DNA from: an uncultured Gemmatimonadales bacterium
GTDB taxonomy: Bacteria; Gemmatimonadota; Gemmatimonadetes; Longimicrobiales; RSA9
Assembly: GCA_963816355.1 (NCBI GenBank)
Contig: CAWFKH010000003.1
Location: forward strand, 64,001 to 128,000
Direction: 5' to 3'
Length of the DNA: 64,000 nucleotides
A program made the position numbers and the translations under genes. Of this stretch, positions 23,780-33,072 are shown piece by piece (position 1 is the stretch's first letter; the number at the start of each line of letters is the position of its first letter). Below the pieces are notes generated by a model. The model saw nothing but the letters and a program-made list of their open reading frames with translations, ran no database searches and was not told where the DNA came from.

Positions 23780-24514
23780 CTACGGCATGGCGCCGGGGAA
23801 GGCGACCTTCGCGATCATGCCGGGCAGTGCGGCGATGACCCACACGATGGCGGCGGCGACGAAGGCGCGGCCGCGCGGGACCTTGCCGAGCACCGACAGG
23901 GCGATCGCCCAGATCACGGCCTGCCACAGGATGAAGAGGTCGAGGCGGCCGAGCAGCGGCACGAGGACCGGCGTGACGGAGTGGGTGTCGAGGAAGCGCA
24001 CGACGCCGAACGACTGACTCTGGGGCACCTTCAGCGAGCCGTTGCGGTCGGCGAGGATCGTGGCGCCGGTGATCGCGAGCGCCTGCGGGATCGTGACGAA
24101 GCGTGCGAAGGTGGCCGCGAGCAGCCCTTCCTTGAACGAGATCGCGATGTCGAAGAGGCGGCCGACGATCGTGAGCACGGTCGCGAGCAGGACGACGGTC
24201 ACGGCGGCGGCGATCGGCGCGACGATGCCGAGCACGAACCGCATCACGCCGCCCATGCGCTCCATCGCGGCCGCCGTCTGCTCCGGATTCGGGCTGTTGG
24301 CCGCCGCCACGCGCATGACGGCGGCGGAGGCGGGCAGCGCGATGAAGTAGACGGCGAGCGTCGCGACGAGCAGCACGACGAACGGCTGCACCCAGTCGGC
24401 GCCGGTCCGTCGCGCGAACACCTTCGCCGGCGAGAAGAAGATGTCGATGTAGTCGTCGGCGCGACTGGCGGTCTCGGTCGGCTCGACCGTCGCTTGAGCG
24501 CTCTCGTCGCTCAT
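23780..24514 (-). CDS. Yip1 family membrane protein
   Basis: IFFSPAKVF start, about five TM segments, DLFILWQ motif; SD GGAGG. Confidence 0.8.
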   Translation of the reverse strand: MSDESAQATVEPTETASRADDYIDIFFSPAKVFARRTGADWVQPFVVLLVATLAVYFIALPASAAVMRVAAANSPNPEQTAAAMERMGGVMRFVLGIVAPIAAAVTVVLLATVLTIVGRLFDIAISFKEGLLAATFARFVTIPQALAITGATILADRNGSLKVPQSQSFGVVRFLDTHSVTPVLVPLLGRLDLFILWQAVIWAIALSVLGKVPRGRAFVAAAIVWVIAALPGMIAKVAFPGAMP

Positions 24515-24707
24515 CACCGTGCCTCCATTGCGGGGGGGGCCGGGCCCTGTTCCGGGCCGGGTCGTCCCAAGATAACGCCGGAGGATCGGCCGATCCACGA
24601 TCCTCGTTCTCGCCGCGTCGGCGGCGCCGTCGCGCGCCGGGGGCCGACCCGCGCGAGCCCGTTCCCGCGCCCACGCGCGGGGCGCCGAATCCTGCGGTAG
24701 CCGACCC

Positions 24708-26537
24708 TCAGTACCCGCGCGGCTGGCCGTCGTGGCGCGGGTCCGCGACGCCGATCCAGCCGGCGGCGCCGCGCGTCACGAGATAGATCCGGGCGAAGCC
24801 GTCCGCTCGCGGCGTCGGGTCGTAGCCGGTGACGCGGATGTCGCGCAGCACCGTGGGCGGAAAGCCGCGCTCGAGCTGCACCTTGCGGCTGTGAGGGGAA
24901 GGGAAGATGCGCGGCATGCGCACGGCGTCCAGCGGGTCCATCCCGTAGTCCAGCACGTACACCATCACCTGGGCCAGGGCCGTGGGGATGCGCGCGCCGC
25001 CGGGGGCGCCGATCACCATCCGCACGCGGCCGCCGCGCACGACGATCGTGGGCGAGATCGTCGAGCGGCGCGTCCGCCACGCGGTGTTGGGCGGCAGCCG
25101 GATCGGGCCGGCCGTCCAGATGTAGCCGGAGTCGTTCAGAAAGAAGCCCCCCACCCACGCGCCGGAGCCGAACGCGTCGCTGTTCGTCTGCGTCAGCGCC
25201 ACCGCGTTCCCCGCCGCGTCGACGACGGAGATGTGCGTCGTCTCGCCGCCCGGCGCCCCGCTCGTGTCCGGCGGCGCGGGCGCCGCGCCGTCCGCGGCGG
25301 CGGCGGCGGGCGGGTACGGGTCGTAGCGCGCGCATGCGCCGGGCGGCGGCGTGTCGTCGAAGCGCGCCGGCTCTCCCGCCTCGACCTCGGGCGGGGGCCG
25401 GCCGGTGCCCACGAGCGCGCGGCGCACGGAGGCGAACGCGCCGGAGGCGACGCCGCGCGCGGGCACCGGCGCCCAGCGCGGATCGTCGTCGACACCCGCG
25501 TCGGCCATGGCGACCCGGAGCGCGGACGCGAGCACGTCGAACGCGCGCGCGGAGCGGGTGGGCAGGCCGAGCTCGGGCAGGCGGAACGGCTCGAGCAGCT
25601 CGAGCGTCTCCAGAAGCTGCATCCCGGTCTGCGGCGGCGGCGCCGAGAGCACGGCGTAGTCGCGGTAGGTGGAGCAGAGCGGCCGCTTCCACTGCGGCAT
25701 GTAGGCCGCGAAATCCTCCAGCGTGGTCGGGTTGCCGGCGTCGTTGAGCCGCTTCACGATCGCCTGCGCCGTGGTGCCCGCGTAGAAGCCGGCGCGGCCG
25801 TTCTGTGCGACGAGCCGCAGCGTGCGCGCGAGCGCGTCGTTGCGGAAGACGGACCCCGGGGGCAGCGGCCGGCCGTTCGGCCACCAGCGCGCGGCGGCCT
25901 CGTCGAAGCGATGAAGGCGAACGGAGTCGGATGCGATGAGTGCGCCGAGCACCTGCCCGATGGGGTAGCCGGTCGCGGCCAGGCGGATCGCCGGGGCCAT
26001 CACGCGCTCGAGCGGCAGTCGGCCGAAGCGCTCGTGCGCCGCGAGCAGGCCGGCCACCTCGCCCGGCACGCCGACGATCCTCAGGTCCTGCGCGCCGGCG
26101 TACGGCCCCGTATGCCCCTGGAACGCCGCCGCCTGCTGCGCCGCGTAGAAGTCGAGGTAGTACGGCTTCCCCTCCTTGGCGACCCAGATCGTCATCGCGC
26201 CGCCGCCGCCGAGACCGGACATCTGCGGCTCGACCACGCCGATCGCGAACGCCGTCGCCACGGCCGCGTCGACCGCGTTTCCGCCCGCCTTCAGGATCTC
26301 GATCCCCGCTTCGCTCGCCAGCGCGTTCGCCGAGCTGACGACGCCGTGCTGCGCGACGACGCGGCTGGCGGCGTCCGGAGGCGGCGCCGCCGTCGGCGCG
26401 GGCGGCGCGCCCGCGCAGCCGGCGGCGAGGAGGAGCGTGAAGGCGACGGATCGAGGCGGGCGGCGGCGCAAGCAGGCGCAGCGTCGATCGGCGTCCGGGT
26501 GAAGGCCGGAGGGGCGGAGGGCGTGGCGTCGGGTCAT
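24708..26537 (-). CDS. ggt: Gamma-glutamyltransferase family protein
   Basis: GGNAVDAAVA, EPQMSGLGGG, autocleavage ETTHISVVD, GAPGG, ADPR; LLLAAGC lipobox. Confidence 0.9.
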   Translation of the reverse strand: MTRRHALRPSGLHPDADRRCACLRRRPPRSVAFTLLLAAGCAGAPPAPTAAPPPDAASRVVAQHGVVSSANALASEAGIEILKAGGNAVDAAVATAFAIGVVEPQMSGLGGGGAMTIWVAKEGKPYYLDFYAAQQAAAFQGHTGPYAGAQDLRIVGVPGEVAGLLAAHERFGRLPLERVMAPAIRLAATGYPIGQVLGALIASDSVRLHRFDEAAARWWPNGRPLPPGSVFRNDALARTLRLVAQNGRAGFYAGTTAQAIVKRLNDAGNPTTLEDFAAYMPQWKRPLCSTYRDYAVLSAPPPQTGMQLLETLELLEPFRLPELGLPTRSARAFDVLASALRVAMADAGVDDDPRWAPVPARGVASGAFASVRRALVGTGRPPPEVEAGEPARFDDTPPPGACARYDPYPPAAAAADGAAPAPPDTSGAPGGETTHISVVDAAGNAVALTQTNSDAFGSGAWVGGFFLNDSGYIWTAGPIRLPPNTAWRTRRSTISPTIVVRGGRVRMVIGAPGGARIPTALAQVMVYVLDYGMDPLDAVRMPRIFPSPHSRKVQLERGFPPTVLRDIRVTGYDPTPRADGFARIYLVTRGAAGWIGVADPRHDGQPRGY

Positions 26538-26696
26538 GGCGGTTCGCGGCTCGGGTCGAGGCGAAGTTGCGTCGGGGCAGGCGTCGCCGGCAAGGCGCGC
26601 GTACGTCTGGCGGACCCGGCCGCGCCTCGCTACGCTGGTTCGGAGCGGATCCTCATGGATCCTTCGTTCGCAGCCGACGGCCGGACCGGAGACGAC

Positions 26697-27251
26697 GTGA
26701 AGCGCACAATCGTGCTCGACAGCCTTCTCGGCGCCGCGGCGCTCGGCGTCTCGGCTGGGTTGCGCACGTTTTCGGCGCCCGCGCTGATCGCCGACCACCT
26801 GCGCCGCCACCCGCGCTCGCGGGCGCGCGGCGCCGAGCGGCTGCTCCAGGCGAGCGCCGCGGCGCCGGTGCTCGGCACGTTGCTCCTCGCCGAAGTCGTC
26901 GCCGACAAGCTGCCCGGCATGCCGGACCGCATCGCGCCCGCCGGCCTGATCGGCCGCGCGGCCTCCGGCGCGCTCGCCGGCGCCGCCCTCGCGGGACGGC
27001 GCGCGGGCCGCGCCGGCCGCGCCGGCCGCGCCGTTCGCACCGCCCTTGGCGCGGCCGGAGCGCCCGCGAACGGGCTCGTCGCGCTCGCGGCGCTGGTCGG
27101 GGCGGGCGCGGCCGTCGCCAGCGCGTACGCCGGCTTCCACCTGCGGCGCGCCGCCGTGCGCAGGCTCGGCCTGCCCGATACCGCGGTCGCGCTCGCGGAG
27201 GACGGGGTGATGCGGCTCGCCGGCGCCGTCGGCGTTGACCGCGCGCGTTGA
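26697..27251 (+). CDS. Membrane protein, DUF4126-like
   Basis: GLRTFSAPA, EVVADKLP, R..SGA, ALAED motifs. Confidence 0.7.
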   Translation: MKRTIVLDSLLGAAALGVSAGLRTFSAPALIADHLRRHPRSRARGAERLLQASAAAPVLGTLLLAEVVADKLPGMPDRIAPAGLIGRAASGALAGAALAGRRAGRAGRAGRAVRTALGAAGAPANGLVALAALVGAGAAVASAYAGFHLRRAAVRRLGLPDTAVALAEDGVMRLAGAVGVDRAR

Positions 27252-27833
27252 GTGCACCGGAACCCGGAGAAGGCGATGGAAGACAGCGATCGCGTGATCG
27301 AGCAGGCGGCCGCGCAGAAGATCGAGGCCGCGTCGCTGCTGGAAGGCATGTCCGACTCCCTCTACCGGTGGCGGCCGGAGCCGCAGAAGTGGTCGGCAGG
27401 GGAGCACGTCGTCCATCTCACGCTCAGCGTGCTGCCGTATCTCGAGCCGCTCGACCGCGCGATCGAAGACGCGGGCGCTGCGGCGGGCGCGGGCGGCCGC
27501 CGCTCGCCGCGCGAGCCGTGGACGGGCGCCTTCCTGCTGCGCAACATGGAGCCGCCGCCGCGCCGTCGCTTCCGCACCTTCAAGCGACTGCTGCCGCTCG
27601 ACGTGCCGCCGCGCGAGCAGGCGCTCGCCGAATTTGGCGCCGCCCTGGACGACTTCGCGCAGCGAGCCGAGCGGGCCCGGCAGATCGACCCGCGGCGCGC
27701 GCGCCTCCGCTCCCCGTTCGTGCCGCTGATCGCGCTCAGCGCGCGGCAAGCGTTCGACGTCGTGCTCGCCCACGACCGGCGGCACTTCTGGCACATCCGT
27801 CAGATCCTGGAGCGGCCCGGCCGCCCCGCGTGA
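27252..27833 (+). CDS. DinB family protein
   Basis: WRPEPQKWSAGEHVVHL ... HDRRHFWHI; start 27252 or 27276. Confidence 0.85.
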   Translation: MHRNPEKAMEDSDRVIEQAAAQKIEAASLLEGMSDSLYRWRPEPQKWSAGEHVVHLTLSVLPYLEPLDRAIEDAGAAAGAGGRRSPREPWTGAFLLRNMEPPPRRRFRTFKRLLPLDVPPREQALAEFGAALDDFAQRAERARQIDPRRARLRSPFVPLIALSARQAFDVVLAHDRRHFWHIRQILERPGRPA

Positions 27834-27856
27834 CCCACCCGAGCCGCAGGCCAGCC

Positions 27857-29101
27857 ATGGACCGCCGCGCCTTCATCGCCGCCGCCGGCGCCGCCGCCGC
27901 CGGCGCGACGCTGCCCGTCCCCGCCCGCGCCGAAGAGCTGCACCCGGCGATCGCCCGCCTGCAGACGCGCGCGGCGCCGCCGCCGATCTCGGAAGCGGAG
28001 CGCGCGCAGCGACGAGCGGCGCTGCAGCGGCTGATGGAGGCGAGCGGCGTCGCCGCCGTCTTCCTCGAGCCCGGTGCCTCGCTGGAGTACTTCGGCTCGA
28101 TTCCCTGGAGCCGCAGCGAGCGCGTGTTCGGCCTGCTCGTGCCGCGTCGCGGCGACGCCGTCGTCGTCTCGCCGGCGTTCGAGAAGCAGCGCGCGGAGCG
28201 GCAGGTCCGCGGCCGCTTCCAGATCTTCACCTGGCAGGAGGACGAGAGTCCGTACGAGTTGATCGCGCGCAAGACGCGCGAGCTGGGCGGCGCGAGCGGC
28301 ACGATCGCCGTCGACGACAGCGCCCGCGTCTTCGTCGCCCACGGCATCCGCGCCGCCGGCGCGCCGGGCCTCGTGGCTGGCGACGCGGCCGAGATCCTGC
28401 ACCGGTCGCGCGGCGTGAAGAGCGCGCACGAGATCGCGATCATGCGCTTCGCCAACCGCATCACGCTGGAAGCCTACGCCGCCGCCTTCCGCACGATGCG
28501 CGCGGGCATGACGCAGCGCGACCTCGCGCTCAACGTGAGCGCGGCGATGCAGAAGCTCGGCTACGAAGGCTACGCGCTCGTGCTGTTCGGCGAGTCGTCG
28601 GCGTACCCGCACGGAGCGGAGAATCCGGCGCCGCTGAAGGAGGGCGACGTCGTCCTGGTCGACGGCGGCCTGAGCGTCCACGGCTACGAGTCGGACGACA
28701 CGCGCACCGTCACCTTCGGCCGCCCCTCGGCGGAGGCGCAGCGCGTATTCGACGTCGTGCAGGGCGCGCAGCGGGCGGCGCTCGCGGCCGCGAAGCCGGG
28801 GCGGCCGTGCGGCGCCGTCGACGACGCCGCGCGCGACTTCATCACCCGCGCCGGCTACGGGCCGGACTACCGCCTCTTCACGCACCGCCTCGGCCACGGA
28901 ATCGGCCTCGAGGGCCACGAATGGCCCTACCTCGTGCGCGGCAGCGACATCGAGCTGCGGCCCGGCATGACCTTCAGCGACGAGCCCGGCATCTACCAGT
29001 ACGGCAAGTTCGGCGTCCGCCTCGAAGACATCATCGCCATCACCGGCGACGGCGCCGAGATGCTCACGGAGCCCGCCACGCGCCTCGCCTTCGAAGGCTG
29101 A
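27857..29101 (+). CDS. Tat-exported Xaa-Pro dipeptidase (M24)
   Basis: MDRRAFI twin-arginine signal; HRLGHGIGLEGHE, FSDEPG, GVRLED. Confidence 0.92.
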   Translation: MDRRAFIAAAGAAAAGATLPVPARAEELHPAIARLQTRAAPPPISEAERAQRRAALQRLMEASGVAAVFLEPGASLEYFGSIPWSRSERVFGLLVPRRGDAVVVSPAFEKQRAERQVRGRFQIFTWQEDESPYELIARKTRELGGASGTIAVDDSARVFVAHGIRAAGAPGLVAGDAAEILHRSRGVKSAHEIAIMRFANRITLEAYAAAFRTMRAGMTQRDLALNVSAAMQKLGYEGYALVLFGESSAYPHGAENPAPLKEGDVVLVDGGLSVHGYESDDTRTVTFGRPSAEAQRVFDVVQGAQRAALAAAKPGRPCGAVDDAARDFITRAGYGPDYRLFTHRLGHGIGLEGHEWPYLVRGSDIELRPGMTFSDEPGIYQYGKFGVRLEDIIAITGDGAEMLTEPATRLAFEG

Positions 29102-29143
29102 GCGGCGATGGTCCGCGCCACCCCTTCCCATCGCTGAGCGGCG

Positions 29144-30139
29144 ATGCCCAGCGCCACCGTCTTCGTCGGCCATCCGGACTGCGCGCGCCACGACACCGGC
29201 TGGGGCCACCCCGAACACCAGGGGCGGCTGCCGGCGCTGGTCCGCGCGATCGAGCGCGACACGCCCGCGCTGATCGAGCACGTCTCCCAGCGCGAGGCGC
29301 ATCCCGCCGGCGAGCGGGACCTGCTGCGCGCCCACACACCGTCGCACCTCCAGCGCGTGCGCGGCGCCGTCGCGCGCGCGAGCCGCAGCGGCCGCCCCGT
29401 GCGGCTCGACATGGACACCGTCGTCTCTGCCGCGTCCTGGGACGCCGCCTGCGCCGCCGCCGGCTGCGTCCTGACCGCCGCTTCCCTCGTCCTCGACGGC
29501 GCCGTCCGCACCGGCTTCGCCGCGTGCCGTCCGCCCGGCCACCACGCGACCGCCGACCGGCCGATGGGATTCTGCCTCTTCAACAACGTAGCCGTCACCG
29601 CGCGCATGCTCCGCGAGCGCGGCGTCGACCGCGTGCTGATCGTCGACTGGGACGTGCACCACGGCAACGGCACGCAGGAGATCTTCTACGACGACGGCTC
29701 CGTCTTCTACCTCTCCACGCACCTCACGCCGCACTACCCCGGTACCGGCCGCGCCGCCGAGCGCGGCAGCGGCCCGGGCGTCGGCACCACCCGCAACGTC
29801 CCGCTCGCCGCCGGCACCGGCGCCGACATCTATTTCGACTGCCTCGAAGAAGCCCTCGAGGAGGCCGCCGGCTTCCGCCCCGACTTCGTCCTCGCCTCCG
29901 CCGGATTCGACTGCCTCGCCGGCGACCCGCTCGGCGGCATGCTCCTCGAGCCGGCCGACCTCCACCGCCTGACCCGCCGGCTCGTCGCGCTCGCCGACGA
30001 CCACGCCGAAGGCCGCCTCGTCGTCGCGCTCGAGGGCGGCTACGCGCCCGCGCGCCTCGGCGCCGGTGCCGTCGACGTGCTGCGCGCGCTGGCCGACCTG
30101 CCGCCCGCGCACGGCGACGCGGCGCATGGCGCCGGCTGA
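29144..30139 (+). CDS. Histone deacetylase family amidohydrolase
   Basis: HPE, RPPGHH, GFCLFNN, DWDVHHGNGTQ, SAGFD, LEGGY. Confidence 0.95.
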   Translation: MPSATVFVGHPDCARHDTGWGHPEHQGRLPALVRAIERDTPALIEHVSQREAHPAGERDLLRAHTPSHLQRVRGAVARASRSGRPVRLDMDTVVSAASWDAACAAAGCVLTAASLVLDGAVRTGFAACRPPGHHATADRPMGFCLFNNVAVTARMLRERGVDRVLIVDWDVHHGNGTQEIFYDDGSVFYLSTHLTPHYPGTGRAAERGSGPGVGTTRNVPLAAGTGADIYFDCLEEALEEAAGFRPDFVLASAGFDCLAGDPLGGMLLEPADLHRLTRRLVALADDHAEGRLVVALEGGYAPARLGAGAVDVLRALADLPPAHGDAAHGAG

Positions 30140-30152
30140 GGCGGGCGCGCTT

Positions 30153-30204
30153 CGATCCCGCACCCCGATCCCGCACCCCGACCCCGCACCCGGTCCCGCC
30201 GTCC
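30153..30204 (+). repeat. 13-bp tandem repeat CGATCCCGCACCC (about 3-4 copies)
   Basis: Units at 30153, 30166, 30179 plus a degenerate fourth; shares the ATCCCGCA core with the 15804 and 59501 repeats. Confidence 0.85.
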
Positions 30205-30205
30205 A

Positions 30206-30235
30206 TTGACCGCCGCTTCGACCTCCGTCTACATT
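30206..30235 (+). promoter_or_regulatory. sigma70-type promoter, probably leaderless
   Basis: TTGACC-N18-TACATT, 6 nt before ATG 30242, no SD. Confidence 0.65.
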
Positions 30236-30241
30236 CTTCCG

Positions 30242-31222
30242 ATGCCTTTCGACGAGGGGTCCGGCTCCGGCGTTCCCGGGGGCCGCGGCTCCGGCGACAA
30301 CGATCCACAGGCCGACTCCGCCGCGGGGGGCGCGGCCGACGCCGCGACGCTGCTCGAGGCGGGTCCCACCGTGCTGGGACTGGCACGCCTCAGCCGCCGT
30401 GCCGGCCTCGTGCCCGCCGAGGAGGAGGTGTACCGCCGCATCGCGCAGCTCGTAGATATCGGCGAAGACGACGAGTTCCTCGTGGCGCCGTGCGGCCGCG
30501 GCCTCGCCGCCGAGTTCCTCGCCGGCGCGACGGGCGCCGCGGGCTCCGGCGCCGACCCCGATTCCGCGCTCGTCGCCGCCGCGACCGAGCGCGTGCAGCA
30601 GCGCGGCCTCGCCGTGCGGCTCCACTTCGACCCCGGGCCGCTCACCGATCTTCCCTACAAGGACGACATCTTCGACCTCGTCATCGGCGACGTCGGCCTG
30701 GCCGCCTCGCGCGAGCCTGCGGCGGCCGTCGCGGAGCTGGCGCGCGTCGCGAAGCCGCTCGGCGCCGTCGTGCTCGTGCAACCGGTGTGGAACCGCGCGG
30801 TGGACGAGATCCGCCGCGACGTCCTCGTCGAACACCTCGGGGCGCGCCCGCAGCTGCTGGTCGAGTGGAAGCAGATGCTGCGCGATGCGGGCGTCGTCGA
30901 CCTCTTCGTCGAGGACCTCGTCGACGCGGCGAATCCGTGGCGGTCCCTGCTCGGCGGCGGCGCCGCCCTCGACTTTCCCACGCTGCGCGAGCGGCTCCAT
31001 CTTCTCTACAGCGCCTGGCGCCAGTGGGGCTGGTACGGTCTCGGCCAGGCGGTCGCGGGCGGACAGGAGCTGCGCCGCCTGATCATGCGGGAGCGCATCC
31101 TCGGCCTCGCGCTGATCAAGGGCACGAAGTGGCGCGAGCAGCCGGCCGGCGACGGCCGAGGGCCCCACGACCCCGCCGAAGCACCCGGCGAAGCGCGGGC
31201 CGGCGAAGCGCCGGAGAACTGA
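30242..31222 (+). CDS. Class I SAM-dependent methyltransferase
   Basis: FLVAPCGRG motif I variant, LPYKDDIFDLV, ELARVAKPLG. Confidence 0.8.
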   Translation: MPFDEGSGSGVPGGRGSGDNDPQADSAAGGAADAATLLEAGPTVLGLARLSRRAGLVPAEEEVYRRIAQLVDIGEDDEFLVAPCGRGLAAEFLAGATGAAGSGADPDSALVAAATERVQQRGLAVRLHFDPGPLTDLPYKDDIFDLVIGDVGLAASREPAAAVAELARVAKPLGAVVLVQPVWNRAVDEIRRDVLVEHLGARPQLLVEWKQMLRDAGVVDLFVEDLVDAANPWRSLLGGGAALDFPTLRERLHLLYSAWRQWGWYGLGQAVAGGQELRRLIMRERILGLALIKGTKWREQPAGDGRGPHDPAEAPGEARAGEAPEN

Positions 31223-31238
31223 ACGGACGGAGGCGACG

Positions 31239-32456
31239 TTGGCGAGTGGAGCGTTGGTAAGGCCCGATTTCGCGCGGCTGCGGGAGCGGCTGCCGTCGAT
31301 CCAGGAAGCGCTGCGGGAGCACGGGCTGGACGGCTGGTTGCTCTACGACCTGCACGCGCGCAACCCGGTTTCCTCCGGACTGCTCGGCCTGGGCGAGCTG
31401 ACGCGCCGCTGGTTCGTCCTGCTCCCCGCCGAGGGCGAGCCGACGGCCCTCACGCACGGCATCGAGCAGGGACCGTGGGAGCTGTGGCCGTGGCGCAGCG
31501 AGCGCTATGTCGGCTGGAGCGAGCTGGACGACCGCCTTCGTCGCCTCCTCGCCGGCCGGCCCCGCCTCGCCATGGAGGCGGTCGACCGCGACGCCGTGCC
31601 CGCCATCGACTTCGTCCCCTGGGGCGTCGTCGAGCTGATCCGTGCCGCCGGCGCCGACGTCTTCCCGTCCGGCGAGTTGATCTCGCTCTTCTACTCGCGC
31701 TGGAGTGCCGAGCAGCTCGCCTCGCACCGCCGCGCCGCCCGCGCCCTCGCCGACGTCGCGCGCGCCGCGTTCGACCACCTCGCCGCGCGCGTCCGCTCCG
31801 AGGGCGAGGCGCGCGAGGGCGCGATGCGAGGCTGGGTGATCGACGCGCTCGCGGAGCGCGGCGTGCGCGTCGGCGCCGACTGCATCTTCGCCTCCGGCCG
31901 CAACGCCGCCAACCCGCACTACGGCATCGAAGGCGAGGGCGGTCCGCTGGTGAAGGGCGACGTCGTGCTGCTCGACCTGTGGGGGAAGGAGGCGGACGAG
32001 ATGGTGTTCGCGGACCAGACGTGGATGGCGGTCCTCGCCCCCGCGCCCGACGAGCGCGTGCGCATCCTGTGGGAAGCGGTGCGCGACGCCCGCGATGCGG
32101 GCATCCGCCTGGTCCGCGAGCGCTGGGACGCGGGTCGGGACGTCCAGGGCTACGAGGTCGACGACGTCGTCCGCGGCGTCATCCGCGAGCGCGGCCACGG
32201 CGACGCGTTCATCCATCGTACCGGCCACTCGATCGACCGCGACATCCACGGCTCGGGGCCGAACATCGACAACCTGGAGACGCACGAGGTGCGGCGCCTC
32301 GTGCCCGGCGTCGGTTTCTCGATCGAGCCCGGCATCTACCTCGCCGGCGACGTCGGCCTGCGCTCCGAGGTCGACGTCTACATCGGCGACGCCGGTCCCG
32401 AGGTCACCACGCCGGATCCGCAGGACGAGATCTTCCCCCTGCTCGGCGCGGAGTGA
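31239..32456 (+). CDS. Aminopeptidase P / M24 family peptidase
   Basis: NAANPHY, LLDLWGK, ADQTW, HRTGHSI, FSIEPGIY, GLRSE; start uncertain by a few codons. Confidence 0.92.
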   Translation: MASGALVRPDFARLRERLPSIQEALREHGLDGWLLYDLHARNPVSSGLLGLGELTRRWFVLLPAEGEPTALTHGIEQGPWELWPWRSERYVGWSELDDRLRRLLAGRPRLAMEAVDRDAVPAIDFVPWGVVELIRAAGADVFPSGELISLFYSRWSAEQLASHRRAARALADVARAAFDHLAARVRSEGEAREGAMRGWVIDALAERGVRVGADCIFASGRNAANPHYGIEGEGGPLVKGDVVLLDLWGKEADEMVFADQTWMAVLAPAPDERVRILWEAVRDARDAGIRLVRERWDAGRDVQGYEVDDVVRGVIRERGHGDAFIHRTGHSIDRDIHGSGPNIDNLETHEVRRLVPGVGFSIEPGIYLAGDVGLRSEVDVYIGDAGPEVTTPDPQDEIFPLLGAE

Positions 32457-32460
32457 GGCG

Positions 32461-33072
32461 GTGGGCGAGGCGGCCGAGGGCGGCTTCTACCTCTACGGCA
32501 TCACCCGCGCGGGCGGCTGGCGGCGCCCCGCCGGCGACGGCGCCGACACGGTGGTGAAGATCCGCTACCGCGACCTCGAGGCGCTCGTGTGTCCGGCGCC
32601 CTTCTCCATGCCGCCGCTGGATCCGGCGCGCGTGCGCGAGCACCAGCGCATCGTGGAAGCGTCGATGCGCCGCACCAGCGTGCTGCCCGCGCCGTACGGC
32701 ATCGTGTTCGGCGGACGACGCGCGGTGCTCTCCTTCCTCGAGGAGCAGTACCTCGTCCTGGACGAAGGGCTCTCCTTCGTTCACGGTCACTGGGAGCTGC
32801 GGCTTCACCTCTCGCTCGCGCACGGCGAGGCGTCGCCCGAGCTGCACGACTTCGCCGCCCACGTCTACTCGGAGCTGCGCCGCCTCGCCCACGCGGCGCT
32901 GCCGCTGCCGCAGACGGAAGGCCGCCTCTTCGGCGCCGCCTTCCTCGTCGAGCGCGACGCGTGGATCGCCTTCGTCGAGCGCGCCGACGACATCGTCGGC
33001 AAGCACGACGAGATCGTCTTCGACGTCACCGGGCCGTGGCCGCCCTACGACTTCGTGCGCATCACGATCTGA
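32461..33072 (+). CDS. GvpL/GvpF family protein (stand-alone)
   Basis: YLYGI start, H.RIVE, VLPAPYG.VF, AFLVER, TGPWPPYDF end. Confidence 0.85.
   Translation: MGEAAEGGFYLYGITRAGGWRRPAGDGADTVVKIRYRDLEALVCPAPFSMPPLDPARVREHQRIVEASMRRTSVLPAPYGIVFGGRRAVLSFLEEQYLVLDEGLSFVHGHWELRLHLSLAHGEASPELHDFAAHVYSELRRLAHAALPLPQTEGRLFGAAFLVERDAWIAFVERADDIVGKHDEIVFDVTGPWPPYDFVRITI

Noticed and set aside
29144..30139. Eukaryote-derived histone deacetylase
   Set aside because: This family is widespread in bacteria and the codon style matches the host.
32461..33072. Gas vesicle gene cluster
   Set aside because: Only one GvpL/F-like gene and no structural gvpA.
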